DNA of 64,000 nucleotides from Squalus acanthias (lineage: Eukaryota), in NCBI GenBank assembly GCA_030390025.1, contig JASTWF010000244.1:310001-374000 (forward strand). Direction: 5' to 3'. Of this stretch, positions 61,631 to 64,000 are shown in pieces; positions within the stretch are counted from its first letter, which is position 1, and every line of letters begins with the position of its first letter. The notes under the pieces were generated by a model. The model worked only from the letters and a program-made list of their open reading frames with translations. It was not told the origin of the DNA and searched no databases. The translations under genes were made by a program, and so were the position numbers.

Positions 61631-63352
61631 TGTAAGGGATTCTGACCCTGCGTGTCTCGCAGCCTGTGCGATTTCACGCGGCTCTGTGCAGCCTGTATGT
61701 CAGTGCGGGTCTAGGCCTTGTTGCCTGTTCTGGTCTCCAGCCAGTCTGGGAACACTAGACACACCTGTGAGTGGTTCGAATCACTCGCCCTTACGGTTCT
61801 AGACACTGGACTTAGATGCGAGAGCAGTAATGGAGATGAAACTCATGTAGACTCGGTTGAATGGTACGAAATGGAAAATCTTTATTGCATGATACTTAAG
61901 ATTATGAAATACATGTCATAAGCACAGATTAATGACAGTACAATCTTACAAGCAGTTATATAGTCGATCTTAGGGAAACGAGGAACGAACGGCACACCGT
62001 AAATAGGGGCACACATTACAAATATCCTTAATCCTTAAACCCTCCCCTATCAATATCTATCCTAACTAGATTCGTAGGATTTCGAGACTCATGCTCACCA
62101 CTCGTGATAACTCGGAGAAATTCCGAATAGCTGATCGGATGTTTTTCACCGCAGCACCCACGTGTCGGTCAGGAGATCTCCTGGTCCCACTTGTTTACTT
62201 GCTTCTGCTCCGGCTAGCAGGCTGGACCGTCTGTTGTGATGAAGACCTGTGTTGGTTGGTTTAACAGGTACTTTTCCGAGCACAGTTCAGTCAATATCAT
62301 CGATGTGATATGTTCTTTGCAAGTTCGAAGAAGTCTTCCTGGCAAGGAAAACTTGGCTGTTCGACCTACAGGCGCGGTCGGGATTTACTGACCGTGGCGA
62401 TGAATATGGTCTTCCTCTCTTCTCATCTCATCTCATCTCATCTCATCTCATCTCGGGCCTTTGGTTCCGCTGCCAGTTACCAACATAGGTCTTCGTTACG
62501 CGACACGAGGTAGATCCGAACAGATCAGAAAGTTCAACAGTCCTTTTCAAAGAGTCAACAGGCAAGCAGGAGCCCGACTACGAGTACACAGGAGCAGCCA
62601 CGATGATAAGAGTCGATCGGATAAGAGCACAGGATAAGAGCACAGGAGCAGCCACGATGATAAGAGTCGATCGGATAAGAGCACAGGATAAGAGCACAGG
62701 AGCAGCCACGATGATAAGAGAAAGATGGACGGTTTGGAGCCTGCAATTATAGTGCAAAATCTTCCGTTTCCCGCCCAACTTTAATGTCCATTCTTTTGTT
62801 TAAGGTCTGGCGCTCAAATGTCTTGTATGGGTGATCTCCGTTCTTAATGGGTTTCGGGGCTACTCCTAAATGTCTGAGTACCTGTTAATATTTCTCCCAT
62901 TGTTAAATCGGTCGGTGTTCTCCCTGGAGGGGTTGTGGGGCTTCCAAGTGTTTTGTATAACTACCTGCTAACGGCTCTCTCATCGTAGAGTCGTTGGGAT
63001 TTTACATATTAATGTCTTTTGGATGGGCCCTTGATTACTCGGTACAATAGCTTTCATTTGTACCTGGGAGACCGATTTCAGTATTTATGTGTATACTGCA
63101 AACCCATAATGTCTCGTGTATTATCTTCACTGTGCTGAATCTTAATCGATCTTGCACAAATGTTTATTGGAACGCCATCTTGTCTGCCTGTTGAAAAGTC
63201 TAGAATGTTCTGTCACGAGGTGCGGCGGCCATTTTACAGGCTGCTTGTGTCCACTTTAAACCTGGCAGCATTCTGCTGAAATAAAAGCTGTTTGAACGAA
63301 ACTCTGTGTTTTCTCCTTATTAATAAAATCGCGATATATTGCGAATTCTACA
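61631..63352 (-). mobile_element. Long solo LTR (1722 bp)
   Basis: TGTA...TACA ends; 4-bp TSD ACAA; minus-strand TATATAA near 61956 and AATAAA near 61881; internal tandem repeats; CpG retained. Confidence 0.75.
62587..62720 (+). repeat. 54-bp tandem repeat x2.5 inside the solo LTR, GATAAG-rich
   Basis: Units start at 62587, 62641 and 62695. Confidence 0.9.
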
Positions 63353-63359
63353 ACAAGGT

Positions 63360-63800
63360 ACAGGTGCAATAAGTAAGAACTTACAATTATATAGTGCCTT
63401 TTATAAGCTCAGGACATCCAAAACAACTTCACAGCCAATTACGTACTTTTGATATTTAGCCACTGTTGCACTGTAGCGAAACAAGGCAGCTAATTCGTGT
63501 ATAGCAAGATTCCACAAAAAGCAATGAGATAAGTGACAACAATATTTTTTAATGATGTTTGATGGAGAATAAATCTGGAAACTCCCCTGATCATCTTCAA
63601 ATTGTGTCATGGGATCTTTTATGTCCACCGAATAAGGTAGACAGGACGCTGGTTTAATGTCTCATTCAAAAGACTGGACCTCTGACAAAGTGCCATAATA
63701 GATTATGTTCTCAAGTGGTGGACTGCGACTTGAGCCCATGACCTTCTGACTTGGAGGCAAGAGAGCTACCACTGAACCAAGTCTGGCACCTGACATTCAG
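63360..63800 (-). mobile_element. SINE with L2-like tail
   Basis: Homologous to 960-1410. Confidence 0.6.
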
Positions 63801-64000
63801 CTGGTGTTTCTTTTTTAATTGAGCTTGTCGGGTTTCAGTCCCGCCTCCATCGACTTGTGGCCAACCCACGCTATTTTCCCTTGATTGACCTTGTTAAGCC
63901 TGATTCTGCCATTTTCCCGGCAGTCCCGCCTCCAAACCCACCTCCCCTGGGCTGGCAAAATCGCCCCCCTGTATTCAGTTGAACTTGCTTTGTTTCCTCA

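Noticed and set aside
62587-62720. CRISPR-like array
   Set aside because: The units are identical tandem copies with no unique spacers, inside an LTR in eukaryotic DNA.

Overview
Eukaryotic genomic DNA. The repeat families point to a cartilaginous fish (inference). The window holds one large minus-strand immune gene, with most introns and the upstream flank filled by transposons. I traced 11 exons by hand (47042 down to 3878). All have GT-AG boundaries, all introns are phase 1, and the frame stays open for 998 codons; no stop or final exon was found, so the gene probably continues beyond position 1. The predicted architecture is signal peptide - IgV - IgC1 - transmembrane helix with a basic stop-transfer segment, closely resembling B7-H6/NCR3LG1. 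Unexpectedly, six more C1-set Ig exons and an acidic YINM tyrosine-motif exon follow the TM. Four of these six post-TM domains have lost one canonical disulphide cysteine, as expected for cytosolic Ig domains. This B7-H6-like receptor with an intracellular C1-set Ig array is the main finding. An ISRE lies just upstream of the ATG. Other notable content: (1) a very young Gypsy LTR element in intron 1 with no tRNA PBS, an 11-nt self-complementary PBS, a YLDN RT motif and one nonsense codon; (2) an ERV remnant whose env looks like a paramyxovirus-F/lokiretrovirus-type fusion protein; (3) a 1.7-kb solo LTR with GATA-rich tandem repeats; (4) many PIF/Harbinger elements and MITEs, CR1/L2/RTE LINE pieces, Penelope-like tails, SINEs and a 138-N assembly gap.
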